Notes under the pieces: generated by a model
Told to the model about the DNA's origin: nothing
Databases searched by the model: none
Seen by the model: only the letters and a program-made list of their open reading frames with translations
Assembly (NCBI RefSeq): GCF_006345805.1
Contig: NC_043021.1
Location: forward strand, 14,198,001 to 14,262,000
Source: Octopus sinensis
Lineage: Eukaryota
DNA: 64,000 nt
Direction: 5' to 3'
Made by a program: the position numbers and the translations under genes
Part shown: in pieces, positions 37,823 through 52,602 of the stretch
How the letters are laid out: each line of letters starts with the position of its first letter
Position numbering within the stretch: the first letter of the stretch is position 1

Positions 37823-39017
37823 GTGTGTATATATATTGGGGGAAAACACATCCATTACTTCTTCATTTTCTCCCCCCATTCCCCAATATTGATAATTTCA
37901 ATAATCCCTAACATACACCAATGACTTTCGCATTCTATGATAGGGATTAAACCAGTGGAATACCTTGGATTATATAATCCCTCATGAGGATATAACTTCC
38001 TCAAATTAACTATATATTCCTGTCAGTCATTGGACTGTGGCCATGCTGGGGCACCGGTTTGAAGCATTTCAGCCGAACAAATCAACCACAATATTTTTTT
38101 TTTTAAAGTTTGCAACTTATTCTATAGGTCTCTTTTGGTGAACTGCTAAGTTATGGGAACATAAACAAAGCAACACTGGTTGTCAAGCTGTAGCACAGTA
38201 CATGCAGACACAGACATGCTTACAGACACAGATATACATGTGTGTGTGTGTGTGTCCACATCATGACAGCATGGACAATGAACATTAAATGATGATGGTA
38301 ATGATATATATATATATATAGATAGATAGATAGATAGATAGGATGGGCTCCCTCACAGTTTCCCCTCAGCCAAATTCTCTCAAGTCATTGGTTGGTTGAA
38401 GACTCTTGCCCAAAGTGTTGCACAATATGTATTGCAGCAGCAAGGGAAAGATGCATGCACATGTACAGCATACCCAGTTTTTGCACCATTGATTTTATGA
38501 AGACAAGTGGTTGGGAGGGGGAGTTGTTGTAGCTACTTGACCCCGGGATATAACTGGTACAGGTTTGCAAGTATATAATGTGTTATGCTACAGATATATA
38601 AGAAAGCATTATATTTGTTTTGAATTTAGGTATGCGGTCAAAACTTTTGAGGGGAGGGGGCTAGTCAACTCCAATGACCCCAGCACTTGGCATGCACTTT
38701 TTATTTTACTGACTCCAAAAGTATGACAGACAGAGTTGACCTGAGTGGGGTTTGATCTCTGAATCTACAGAACTGAAAGTAAATACCACAAGGGATTTTG
38801 CCTAATAGCTCTAGTAGTTCTGCTGAGGGCCAGCAGTTTTAAGCGGTGAGTGAAGTCAACTACATCAACCCCTGTTCTAAACTGGTACATCTCTTTTCAA
38901 CCTTAGAGATGAAAGGAAAATCAGATCTCGGTGGAATTTGAACTGAGAATGGCAAGCTGGAAGAAATGGTGCTAAGCATTTCATCTGACACAGTAATGAC
39001 TCTACCAGCTGGCCACC

Positions 39018-39055
<38 letters not shown>

Positions 39056-42000
39056 CGTTACTACTATAGGCACAAGGTCTAAAAATTTGGGGGAGGAGGA
39101 TAGTCAATTACATTGACCCCAGTATTCAACTGGTACTCAATTTATCGACCCCGAAAGGATGAGAGGTAAAGTCAACCTTGGCAGAAATTGAACTCAGAAC
39201 ATAGTGACAAGTGAATATAGCTAAACATTTTGTCCAGTGTGCTAACAATTCTGCCAGCTCACCACCACATAATAATAATAACAACAACAACAACAATCCT
39301 TTCTACTATAGGCACGAAGCCTGAAATTTTGGTGAAGTGAGTCTAGTTGCTTACAATGACCCCAGGGCTCAAATGGTACTTATTTTATTGATCCTGATCG
39401 GATGAAAGGCAAAATCGACCTTGGCAGAATTTGAACTCAGAACCCCCAAAAAATCAGATGGAATGCTGATACAAAAGGTTCTGCTAGCTTGCTGCCCTAA
39501 TAAGCACTGAAATTTGCAGACGATTCATAGTGCTGAGCTTATTCATCCCCTCCCCTCAACAACCCCAAAGGAAGAAGGGCCCAATGATACACCGGGACCC
39601 TATCTTGTCAGGGATATATTTTATAGTTAATGCTACAGAGAAAGGGAGATGAGTGCTGGCTTCATGAATCCTTGTGGGGTTGCTTGTAATAAATTGTTGC
39701 TCTGGCAATAATGTCTGCTTTTCCATGCTTGCATGGGTTGAACAGAGTTCAAGGCAGAGTCTAATACGTCCCCATGGCCAACTTTTATTTTCTGTCTTTT
39801 TGGTAGAAGATTGAAAGATCAATCACACTACTAGTATGACACATTGATACTTATGACAACTGTCACATGTCCAGACAAAGGAGACACACATATATATATC
39901 ATCATCATTATCGTTTAATGTCCACTTTCCAAGCTAGCATGGGTTGCACGATTTGACTGAGGTCTGGCGAACCAGATGGCTGTACTAGACTCCAATCTGA
40001 TCTGGCAGAGTTTCTACAGCTGGATGCCCTTCCTAACGCCATATATACATACATACATGTGTACATATACACATACATGTTCATCCTTATGCTTTGTGCT
40101 GATTTTTAATATATAAATGTACATACATATATATATATATATATAATATAAATGTACATATATATATGTGTATAATATGTACAAATATATATATATAGGG
40201 GTCTTCCCTTAGGCAGGTCCTGTGCATGTGCACCTTCTCCAGCACTCTCTCTACAAACTGGGAGAGGGTCTGCACCCTCCCCTACCACCTTTAAATAGAT
40301 TTCTGGAACTTTGGCTACCACGACTAGACTTGGGATGAATACCATAGTGGTTTACTGTTGCCTTCTACAGGCAGGTGGGATTTGAACTCGGAATGTAGAG
40401 AGCCGGGAGATATACCGTGAAGTATTTCTGCTCACGTGCCAACAATTCTGTCACCCACAAAGCAGTGTAAAGTGAACCATTTAGCTCAAGAACACAGCAC
40501 GTTGCCTGATCTGGGAATGGAACCCATGATCTAGCAAGCTTGAGTCCAACACCCTAACAAGCCATGCGCCTTTACTGTGTGTGTGTGTATGTATGTATAC
40601 ACATATGTACATGTGTTTGTAATATATGTCTTGTATATATATTACACATACATACAAGGAGCACAAATTTTATGGACCCCTCCTGATTTGAAAGAAGGGA
40701 ACAAAGAAAAAATAAATGGATATAGTCAGACTCAAAACTAGTATGTGTTCCTTGTTTTATTATCCACTTTTCCATGATTTCTCTCTCTCGCTCACACACA
40801 CACACACAGACAACATACTTTTGATGTCTACTTTTCTATGCTTGCTTGGATAGAATTTGTAGAGGCAGATTTTCAACAGCTGGATGCCCTTCCTGTTGCC
40901 AACCTTCAATCATTTCCAAGTAAGGTAATATTTTCACATAGCTTGACATGTTTCTATGGAAATGAAGGAAACCATTTGTGTGATGGTAACAATCATTTGC
41001 AACTATTGTGCAATGTCAAAATAAGAAGAAATAAACACCTACATATATATGTATGTATGTATATACATTTGTGTGTCTGTGGATATTGATATATATACAG
41101 GTTTCTTTCAGTTTTTGTCTGTTAAAACCATTCTTAAGGCATTGGTTAGCCTGAGGCTATAGAAGACAGGTGCCCCAGGTGCCATGCAGCCAGACAAGCT
41201 GAAAACACATACAATCCTGTTTCCTTTCCACTATAGAAACCTGAGAGAAAAGGAGCACAAATTTTGTGGACCCCTCCTGATTTGAAAGAAGGGAACAAAG
41301 AAAAAATTTACTCCAATTTATAAAATAAGTGTATGACAAACTAGAATCACAGCATATGGGTGACAGTGACATCTATTTTGTAATAGGCTCTAAACCTTTT
41401 TTTTTTTTTTTTACATTATGTTGGGGGCAGAGATGGGTTCAGAACAAGGGGGCAGGGTCTGACATTTTTATCTTAATGTTTGGAGCTGAGATGAATTTCG
41501 AAAACGAATGCCAACCATTTCGCTTTGTTTTTTTTATATGCAGATTTGAAAATGCTGCGTGAGACAATGGGTGTTTTATAATATTTGCTAAACCATGCAG
41601 ATTTTAATAGGGAGTAAAATGTTTACATCTGCGATCCAGCAATTTGACACTGGCCAAATGGTCCAATGGTCAAAAGGTCAGGACTGGCAGCCGTCTGTGT
41701 TGGAATACAGAATATGGAGAGGATTGTGCAGCTATTATTGTTGGGTTACAACTTACAACTAGTTATTGTTGTCTTGGTAATTCTTTCTGCTATAGGTACA
41801 AAGCCTGAAATTTCATGGGGGGGATCTAGTTGATTACATCAACCCCCAGTGCTCAACTGTTACTTATTTGATTGACCCCGAAAGGGTAAAAGGTAAAGTT
41901 GACTTCAGTGAAATTTGAACTTAGAACGACCAGAATGCTGCTAAGTATTTTGTCCCTTCTGCTAACAATGCTGCCAGATCACCACCTTTAATAATAATAA

Positions 42001-45000
42001 TAATCCTTTTTACTATCAGCACAAAGCCTAAAATTTTAAGGGAAGGAGCTAGTCAATTACATAGTCCCCAGTTCCCAGGTAGTACTTATATCATTGACTC
42101 CAAAAGAATGAAAGGCTAAGTTCACCTTGGCAGAATTTAAATTTAGAACATAAAGCTGGTAGAGATGCTGCTAGGCATCTTGTCCAGTTGGCTTATGATT
42201 CTACTACCTTCATATCCTCTCAATAGTAATTGCAGGTGTAGACGTGGCCATGTGGTTAAACAATTTGCTTTCCAACCATATAGTTTCGGGTTCAGTCCCA
42301 CTGAGTGGCACATAGTGCAAGTGTCTCCTTGTATAGCTCCAGATCAACCCAAAACATTGGGTGTGGATGTGGTAGGTGGAAACTGAAAGAAGCCTGTTGT
42401 GTGCATGCATTTGCTTGTTTTTTTTGTCTTGACCTCATGCAACAGTTGTAAATGTGTGTCACCAGTGAAGGACACCAAATGGTGTCCTTTGCTTCCAATC
42501 TTCTATGAAGTGCATGTCTAGCTAAGAGGAAATATTACCTTGCCTGGAAACAGGTAAGGGTTGGCAACTGCAAGGGCATACAGCTGTAGAAATGTCTCAA
42601 TGAATTCTGTTTAACCCATACAAGTATGGAAAAGTAGACATTAGAACATGATTATATATATATATATGTATGTATGTGTGTGTGTGTGTATGTATGACCA
42701 TCATCCTTTAACATCTGTTTTCCACACGGGCATGTATGTATATATGCATGTGTATGTATATATACATAGAGGCCATCACTTGGTAATGTCTTCACTAATT
42801 ATTTTAGGATCATATATAGTTGCGAGCGGAGAGGCATCTTTTTGGCTCTGCCAGCCTTGATCCAGCTGAATATTTAGAATGAGACAACTAGAGGGAGCGA
42901 GAGAGACCACTGTATCAGCATTAGGTCAGGTTGGTACCTATTACAGCTGAGTAGACTGGTGCAACATGAAATGAAAATGCCTTGCTTAATTAAGGATACA
43001 ACACTGCTCAGTCCAGGAATTGAACTCCCTATCTTTAGATCATGAACCTAATACCCTAACCACATCATTTATATATTACACACACACTACAGATATATAC
43101 ACATGACACTAAGAGGTATCATTGAGACAGAGAAGTGACAGAAAAGAGAAGTGTGTGTGTATATATATATATATATATATCATATAGGAGTGTGTGTGTA
43201 TGGGGCAAGGATATATAAACTAATATAAATAGGGGAAAGGTCCATCCCCCTTCCTCTCTCTCTCAGATCACCCTCTTCACTTGTTAATAACGTGTATAGA
43301 AAGGTGGTGCAAAAAAATAATTTTAGGAGCAAGATGAAACCGGTGTGGAAAGAATGGGAGGGAGTGACTTTCATGCTGTTTCTTTTGTTATTTTTTTTTA
43401 TTGTTTGAGAGTACTTGCAAAAATATTTAAAACTAAAGTTAGAAGATATACTGTAGGACTGGCCCGCAGTAAATGTACCAGTGTGTGTGTGTATACACAC
43501 ACTGTAGTATGTATGTACATCCCTGCAGGAGACCTACCATGATGGGTATATATTCACACAAGCCTTGGCCAACAGGAGACCTTTCATAATGGGTGTGTGT
43601 GTGTGTATACATATATACTGCAGTCTTGGCCAGCAGGAAATCTACAGCTGTTCCACATTATGTTTATACACGCTGCAGTATATATATATATATATATATA
43701 TATACAGTTCTGCAGGAGAACTACTGCTGTACCACACTGGTACCAGACCATTATGATATGTGTCTGTGTGTGCACATAAACACACCACAGTGGTTGACTT
43801 TCTCCCAAAAAGTTAAAGATATATTTCAGGAGAAAGGGAATTAGGTTTGATCATCGTGCCTTTCTCAGGGACATAATATAAGCTAAAAGTGGAGTGAGTA
43901 CTACAGCAGAGTATCAAAAGTGGGTCTCGAGTTCTTCTTAGAGTACTTTGTTCTTATAACAATGAGAAAAGCAGTAACAAAAAAGGTCGGACGGAATAGT
44001 TATTCAATCAATCACACTGGCTCAAACTCAGAGTACCCTAGTTATTTAATTAATCACATTGATGCAAACTCGGAGTAGCCTACACGGATGTCTTGAAGTT
44101 GATGTTTATTGAAAGTTAACGGTGAAAGGGCAACCAGCATTCTAACATGTGTAACAGGAGTTTAGTGACTGCATGTCCGTGAAAGAGGGGGAGAGAGAGA
44201 GAGTGTGTGTGTGTGTGTTGGTGTTTGTGAGAGAGAAAGAAGAGGTTTGTTAAGCATTATATTTTTCAAATGAGCAACTTTGGCACTCCTTTAAAACTAA
44301 AATGGGAGTCTCTAAAGTTATGGGAGGGAAGGACGACAACGATGGTGGTGTCTGTAACTCCACTAGACACACACTTTGGATTTAAATCTCTACAGTAAAC
44401 ATGGAGGGTGAATTTGGAGTGAGGGGTAAGGAGTGGGGGGGGGGAGATAGATAATGAGAGGTGCCCCACCCTCATCTCACCTGTTTCCAGGTATGTGGAT
44501 CAAATCCAACAATAACCAAAAATTTAAAGTTTAGCTCTAGCTCCCTATCTTCACTAAAATATAGTTAAAAAGAAAAGGAAAAAATTTTTTTTTTTTTTGT
44601 GGGGTGAGGTGATGGTGGGATTGTAGATATTGAATGACATTGACCTTGGTACTTTGCTAGTGCTTTACATTATCAACTCCTCAGAAGAATGAAAGGTAAA
44701 GTTGACCTTGGTTGGATTTGAACTTGGAACATAAAAGTCCATAACTAAATATTGTATTTTGTCCATTGCTAGAATGTCCCTTACATCATCCTACACTCTC
44801 ATAATAATAATAATAATTTCAAATTTTGGCTGGTGTGTACTAATGATAATGGCAGCTAAGTTTTGAGGGGAGGGGCTAGTCATTATTATTGACCTCAATA
44901 CATAATCGGTACTTTTATCAAATTTCAAAATGACAACAGGCAAAGTTGACCTTTGATGGTCAGTCTGATCTCTACATTGTTAGAAATAGAGATTTTTGAC

Positions 45001-46890
45001 TCAATGCCACAAAGCCATGCTTCGTTTTTCTTTTTAGCCTTTTCACTGCAAAATTAAATTTCCTTGTTATTCTACTAATGATGTTTAATATCTATAAAAA
45101 AATTTTTTAAATTCTGCAAGTCATGTTGCCACAACAATAAACTTCATGTCTTCACAAGAAATCGTTTCAAACACGACATTCCTCGACAAAAGATAGATTG
45201 ATATATAAAACTGCTTTTGTTGGTCAGAGATAATGTAATTCTGAGAGGACATATCTGATTTCCACAGCAAAAGGATTAACCAATGCTGGCAGCAACAATG
45301 AGGATGATTACGCTAATGAAGTTAATTAAGACATTGATGACATTCTTTATTCTCTTTATGTAGTAATTAATTTTAACCCTTTTACAGTGAAATTAAATTT
45401 CATGGTTATTTCCAGTCCTGATATTAAACATCTACCAGCAAAATAGAATTGATATTTTGGCAAGTTGTGGTGCCTGAAACTTGGCAAATCTAAACAAGAA
45501 ACATGGCATTTCTCAACAAAAGGTTTATATAGAACTGCTTTCCTCAGTTTGAGGGAATGAAATTTTGAATGGACATGCAGGATTTCAGCAGTAAAGGGGT
45601 TAAGGTAGGGATGTAGCTGCATCTTGGCACACATTGTGTTGTGCCAATTCTGCCTGAGAATTACATTAAGGATCCACATGCCTGTGGAGTACTCAACCAC
45701 ATGAATGTTAATTACGAAGCAGGTAATTTGGTTGAGCGCACAACTGAATCCTTATAGTCAAACAGAGGGAGTACTGTCCATAGCTGCAATTATAGTGACT
45801 GTAACATGGTATGGTACTCACATCAGTGGCAGGCTTAGAAGGGGGGAGTAAGTTGCCCCTTCCGCCTATAGACTGGGGTGGTACCTTAAGCAAATGCTAG
45901 CAGCCCCTAAACCTCATGAGCCAGGGATACAGTGAAAATGTTGGATAATCAAGTTGGAGGAGTCCCACACCATTGGCTGAAAGGTACCATCAGCCGACTG
46001 TTGGGTGCTGACCAAAGTGAGCTGCTATTGCACAGCAACCTTGTCTTTAACTATGTTTGGTACATTCTTGTACACCTCTTGGTATTTGGCATAAGTTCTG
46101 AGAGAGAGGCAGTCTGGTGGTGGGGATGGCACCAATTGCCTTACTCACCAACCAAAGGCATTTTGTTCAGAGAACTGAGCATTCAGTGTTAACTATGACA
46201 GACAGCTGCCACTGCCGACTATGACGGACAAGACAGTTTCATTTTATTGATAAAGGGCATGATATTGATGAGATGTAACTACAGAACATAAGGGGACATG
46301 GACCTAACTAGAACATTGCAAGGAAACCTGTTTTCTGCTAACTCTACAACAAAAATAATCATTTCTAATATAAGATACAAGGTCACATGTTCCAGGAGGT
46401 GATGCGGTAGAGAGTTAAGTCAACCCCCCACTTCATCATCACCTAGCACTTTACTTTTCATCCTCTTTGCATTTTTGTTGTTGATAATATAAAGTCGATC
46501 CTATAAGAATTTCACTGACCCCCCGCCTCCCAGCCCCACCCCCAAGGATATAAACTACTGTTTTAGATAACCCCGTTCAACAAAAACGGCTTCATTGTCC
46601 CACTGCATCTATTTATTAACGCTGAGAGGAGGGAAAATTTTGAAACGCATTTGTTCAATAAAAATATGGTGTGTGTGCATGCATGGAGGTTTGCACCACA
46701 CGTGCTGAAAATTAGAACAAAAACCCAGTAACACTAATGCAATATAAGGGCCACTACATGAAGGGCCTGTAAAGATTGTGTGACAAAATCGTTTTCACTG
46801 TACATAGTAAATATAGATTGGTTGCTGACAGGATTTGTCTTTTTTTTCTCAAACTGAAGATTAATTCTAAATAACAGTGGTGGTGGTGGT

Positions 46891-46934
46891 TTAGTGGCTT
46901 CTGTAATAGTCTGTATAATAGTCTTCTGGTGAAG
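46891..46934 (-). CDS. Putative terminal coding exon of an unidentified gene: (x)SPEDYYTDYYRSH*
   Basis: Strong acceptor ccttttatttcag; TAA at 46893-46891; UTR-like sequence runs to AATAAA at 46617-46612. Frame assumed (phase 1); a phase-0 frame is also open for 66 codons. Confidence 0.45.
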
Positions 46935-49900
46935 CTGAAATAAAAGGATAAACAGGGGGAAAATATATATATATATAAAAATATATACGTGTGTGTGTGT
47001 GTACATATATATATGTATATATATATATAATATATAATATATATATATATATATGTGGGAATGGAGAGTGATGACAGAGCTTAAAGAGAGAAGAGGAAAG
47101 AGAGATTCTCTTCTATTTTGAGAAGTCAGTCTGAAGAGGAAGACAGCAGAGAGAAAGAAAAGGGGGGGAATGTGACCAAGAAACGGCGAGAGTGACATGT
47201 AGACATTGGAGAGTGTCCACACAAGGGGAGACAATGGAAAAATAAACAAACAAACAAAAAAAACCTAAAATCAAATTTACAAATATTTTAAAAATCAAAA
47301 ACAATTGTAAATTACTTAAAACTAAAAAACAACTGTAAAATACTTCTCCCACTAAAAACGAAAACAAATGAAATGAAATCAACATAAATTTTTTTTTTTT
47401 TAAATAAATAAATAAAAGATGTTTTGGTGTTAAGAATTTTTGTATTTTATTAAAATTTTTAATTTTTTTCTTAGTTTTTTTTTCTTCCCTGAAACAAAAA
47501 AAAACTTTGTTTTGTTTTATATTATTATTATTATTTTATAAAACTCTTCCCAGTTAGCCTTTTGTTGTTTCTTTTTGTAATTTGATTTACATTTTAAATT
47601 ATGGTTGGTGTTTTTTCTTCTTTTTGCTTTATATTTTATTTTATTTTCGTAATTTTATAGGTGCAGTAGCCATCTTGGAGGCATCACAACCCTGGCCTCT
47701 TCCTACCTCCAACATGGAGGAAAGGAAGGAGGACAAGGAAGAGAAAAGCTGTTGCAGTGAGAGGAGCAGGTTGTAGTTCTCTCTCCATATAAACCTTGCA
47801 CACCAAGAAAGTGCCCCACCCATCTGAGACGAGAAGGGGAAGCTGAACTGGATTTGGGTTAGATTTTTCTTTGTTGATGTTTTTGTTGTTATTGTCTATG
47901 TTAGTTTGCTGTTTTAAACTTGGATAAACCCCTCACCCAGCACTCCCTACACAATGCAATAACTGCTACATTAATTTTTAAATAATAATAATAATAATCG
48001 TTTCTAATTTAGACACAAAGGCCAGCAATTCGAGGGGAAGGGGTCCGTTGATATCAAACCCCCACCACCACCTTTTCCTCTCAAGTACTTGATGGGACTT
48101 AATTTTATTAGCCCCAGAAGGAATGAAAGGTAAAGTTTGACTCCAGCAGGATTTGCACTCAGAATGTAAAGAACTAGAAATAACGTTATCCTTTTTCATA
48201 TTGGCCACCAACATGAGGCCAGAAAAATATTTCTGGTGGATAGGTGAGAAGAAATACTCAAATTAAACAAGACCTCTAAAACCCCTAATCCCTACTGTCA
48301 CCACACCTTGTCAAGCAGTGATGCGTGACAAGCAGGGAGGGTATTGAGGATCCAGCTAAATTTCACTGATTCCTCTCATGCCATCCACTACAAAACTGTG
48401 ACCCTGTGCTGATACAAGAAATCACACCATTATTATTATTGCTATTAATTACTATTATTATTAATACTATTTTCATTAATATTATTATTATTTAGATTTT
48501 TGACCCTTCTCTCTCAGATGGAATTCTTCTCCTCTATACCTGTTCACCTTTCCCCATTTCTCGTTACATTTTCATTTAAATTTTCCCCAATTTCTCGTTA
48601 ATTTCATAAGTTTACATTTCCTTTGTTTTTTTTAGGATGTTTGTGTATGTATATGTACGCATGTTAATAATTACAATTTTTATTATTATTTATTAAAACT
48701 CATACTAATCCAAGTCACTTTTTTTTTTTAAATTCTTTTAATCATCTTTTCAAAAAATTAGCAAACAGCAAAGTCTCTTTCCTCTTTTTTTTGGGTGTTT
48801 TTAATAAATTTTTTGTGGTATTTTTTATTTTTTAGTTAGAAAAGTTTTTTTAAATATTTTTCGGACACAAAAAAAAAGTTTTTTCTTTTTAAATTAAATT
48901 AAAATATATAATAATTAAAAAAAAGAAAAATCAAATGATTTAACTTTTATTTTAATTTAAATTAAAATAAATAAAATTAAATAAATAAAAAAATAAAAAC
49001 TTGGTCTACATTAAAATTAAGTAGGGCAAGGGGCTGGGTAGGGCTTTAATTTACAGCTAATTAATTAAATAAATAATTGATTATAAAAGAAACACAGGGA
49101 GTGACAAGGAGTGAGAGGGAGAGTGTGGGGTTCTATAAAGTTAAGGACCTTGTGAAAAGGATTAAGATGGGATGAGGATTTTAGGGAGCCTTAACTAATG
49201 AGATGGATAAGAAGAAAAGGGGGTTTGGAGTGAATCAGCATCACCAAGCTGCCGTATATTTCTTCATACCAGGGGGGTTGTAAATACCACCCCCTCCACA
49301 TTACTCTTCAGTAATCCGACATACGCACACACGTGCGTGTGTGTATATGTGGCTGTGTGCATGTGCAAAAGGACCCTGTCTGATTGCTACCCCAAGAAGA
49401 TAACGCTTATTGGGGAAGAGAGAGAGAGAGGGCCCTCGAGTTAATAATTCTTAACCGAGGAAACGAATGAAGAGAATTTTGGTCATCATCATGATGGTGG
49501 TGGTGGTGGCGGTGATGCTGCTGCTGCCGGCAATGCAGGGAGGAGTGGCAGGGAGGGGAGGGAGGGAGGAAAGATGCGTCCCTCCCCCCCCTTCACGAGT
49601 GAGCAGAGAAGGCAAAGAGATTAAGAAGAAGAAGAAGAATGCCTTATCCCCCCCTCCTCCAGACTCCTCCTAGCTTCTGCTAATCCCACCCTAGCGCCCA
49701 CCCCCAAAATCGCACCCACACGCCTTAGCCCCCCCCCATATGCTCGACTGACCTGCTCCCAATATCCCCCCTTTCCCTCCCCCCCGCACCACTACCATCA
49801 CAGTCACGAAGACGACTGCCGCCACCACCATTACCACCACCATCAGCACAGCATCAAACCCTGTCCCCCACCACCCCCAGCCAGCCCCTTCTGTCACCGT

Positions 49901-50400
49901 CCAGTAAAGTGTGTGTGGAGGGGGGGAAGGTGACGTGCATATTGCACCTATGTGCAAGTTGCATATATTCACACACACACATATGCACGTGTGTGTGCAA
50001 CGAGTGTTACAGCGTAGGGACAGCAGCAGTGGGTGGAGGCGGTGGTGACGGTGGGTACTGAGTGAGGGCTTTCAAGACCAGTTGTGTGGTGATGGCGACG
50101 GCGGTGGCGACAGTAACGGCGATGCAGAGACAAACCCCCCTCCCTCGAAACCGACAAAGGGAGATAAACTCAGCAGTTACGAGAAAGAAAAAAAAAAAAC
50201 ATGTATTATATATAATATATATAGGAAGATGGTGGCGACGAGGACGGAGGAAGTGATGGACAGAGGTGGTGGTGGTGGTGGTGGTGACGGCCTACAGCAG
50301 TTGTTGAGAGAGAGAGAGAGAGAGAGAGACAGAAAGAGACAAGACAGAAGAGAGACTGAGAGTGAGAAGGAGAGGACAAGAGAGCCTCTACTAATTTCAC

Positions 50401-50424
50401 CTCCCTCTCGACCAAATGTTCTTT
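50401..50424 (-). CDS. Putative 24-nt micro-exon (RTFGREG in phase 1)
   Basis: ttttttctttccag|AAAGAACATTTGGTCGAGAGGGAG|gtgaaa; frame-preserving and phase-compatible with 46891-46934. Confidence 0.38.
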
Positions 50425-51326
50425 CTGGAAAGAAAAAATATATATATATATAAGAAAAAAAAAAAAGGTGGATGACAAGGGGCGAGGGGGATGGGAGGGG
50501 CACAGCAGATGTAAAGAATGGGGGCAGGGGGGAAGATGGGCGGCCGAGCTCTTTTTTTTTTTCTAAAATGTAAATTGGAAAAAAAAAAAAAAAAAAAATC
50601 GAAAAAAAAAAGAAACCCCCTACATCGAGATTTATTTTCAAATAGTAGAAGTGGTGGTGGTAGTAGTAGTAATAGGAAGAAGTAGTAGTAGTAGTGGTAG
50701 TAGTAGTAGAAGAAGAAGAGGTGCGAAGGTAGCTGATAGACAATGGGAATCCATTACACATCACTCAAAACTGGGCTTAAACTCTTGGGTGTGGTGTCTT
50801 AAGTTTGAAGTTGCTTCAGCAATCAGAAGAAACCAGGATAGTCTGTAAAGATGCAATATGAAGAGAGAGAGCGAGATATAGATAAGAGAAATATCAGAAA
50901 CAAATATAGATATGTATATATATTCATACAAGAATTTTACATAAAAAATTTAAAACATTAAATAAAATGAAGTGAAACAAAAATACAAAGCCCTAATAAA
51001 GTGAGGAATTATATAACTCTAAAGAAAGCTGATTGCAAATGAAACAAGATAATATAAAGACTATATATATATATATAAGTGTGTATATATATTACAGAAA
51101 ACTACTATGCAAAGACTGGAATAAATTGTTTGTAGAAAGCAAGAATTTCTGGAAAAGACCAGAAGGTAAAGTGGTAGAGTGAGCAGAAGGGTTAGGGATT
51201 AGTGTGGTCCTTTATTTTGGCGTCAATGAAGAGACCAGATAGACAGAGAGGTAGACTGACAACAATTACAAAGAGACACACACACATACATTATATATAT
51301 ATATATACATATATATAAAATGTATA

Positions 51327-51545
51327 TTGGGTTGGTGAATAATTATTGTGGCTTTTTTTCAACAAAAACATTAACAATATTTAACAAAAAAAAACATCTT
51401 TAAATGGCATTCTGACCGTCTGCCAAGCAAATGGGAAGCAGGAATTGAAGTAGATGGTGAATATGCTCCGGAATAATCATTCAAAGATGTTTCTGTTGAA
51501 TAAAATTTGTAGAAAAAAAGTTGCAATAATTATGCACCAACCCGA
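51327..51545 (+). mobile_element. Internally deleted mariner, 219 bp
   Basis: TIRs ttgggttggtgaataattattg / caataattatgcaccaacccga with TA flanks; internal DRLPSKWEAGIEVDGEYAPE* is a mariner transposase C-terminus. Confidence 0.88.
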
Positions 51546-52602
51546 TATATACTCATGGTTTTTTGAAATTGGATTTTGATGTACATAGAAAGCTACTACT
51601 AATAGCTTTCTATGTACATTGAAATCCAATGTCAAAGAAGAAAAAAAAATCTTCCATGTTCTCATGTTTATAAATTCTTATACCTATATATAATATATAT
51701 AGACACACACAAGTACTTGAAAGAAAGTAAAAACCTTGGGTGAAAGAGAGAAAGAAAGGGAGAGAGAGAGTGGGGGAGAGATTTATTGAGATAGTTTAAG
51801 AGTGGGGCATCAGTGGTGACAGAGCAGAAGGAAAAACCCGTGTCCACAGACTATTTAACCTCATCTCTGTTTCTATGGAGAAGCAGGAAGAACAATCTCT
51901 CATTGCCCCATTCAAATATTGGGGGAGAAATAGAGACCCTTACAAATATTATTAATAAGAATAGAAAGATATGGCAGTGTGAGAACGAGTAGAATAGGAA
52001 ATACTCCATCACTGACACTATATTGTATTATTTGATATAATTTATCTCCTGTACAGCAAGATAACTGTTTTGCTCTGGCCCTTTTCTCTCATATTTACCC
52101 CTTTCTACTCATCTCTTAATATAAATTTGATGCCCCCTCTGCCTCAGGGTGCTTAGTCTGGCAAGCTGCAATGGCAACCTCAGCAGTGCTGTTGGCACAA
52201 TGAAAGTACACAGGACATACTGTAAAGTGACAAGCGTTAGGATGGGCACCCAGCCTTAAGAAAATGTGCCAAAGTAGAGACCAGATCATAATGCTGCCCC
52301 CTTGGACCCATCACATTGTATCAAACTCCAAGCCATGTCAGCATGGAATATTGAAATTACACATACACAAAACTCTTCGATAATTTTGACAGAGTTTTCT
52401 TGGCTTTCTAGAATTTTGAAAATCTAAGAAATCAGCAATTATGTTGATTGAACCCAAGACTACATGACTATTTGACATGGTGGATGAGACGTGGAACTGG
52501 AAATCAGAAGCAAACCAACCCAGTAAACACAACTGAGTTGCAAGCTTGGTGTCCAGTTAAAACTCATCCCAAACATCAAGTCTTTGGCTGTAGTCTCTCA
52601 TC

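Noticed and set aside
47661-47676. GAVA peptide resembling the QKI-5 C-terminal exon start
   Set aside because: Only four residues match, the rest is unrelated, and no KH/STAR exons were found on this strand.
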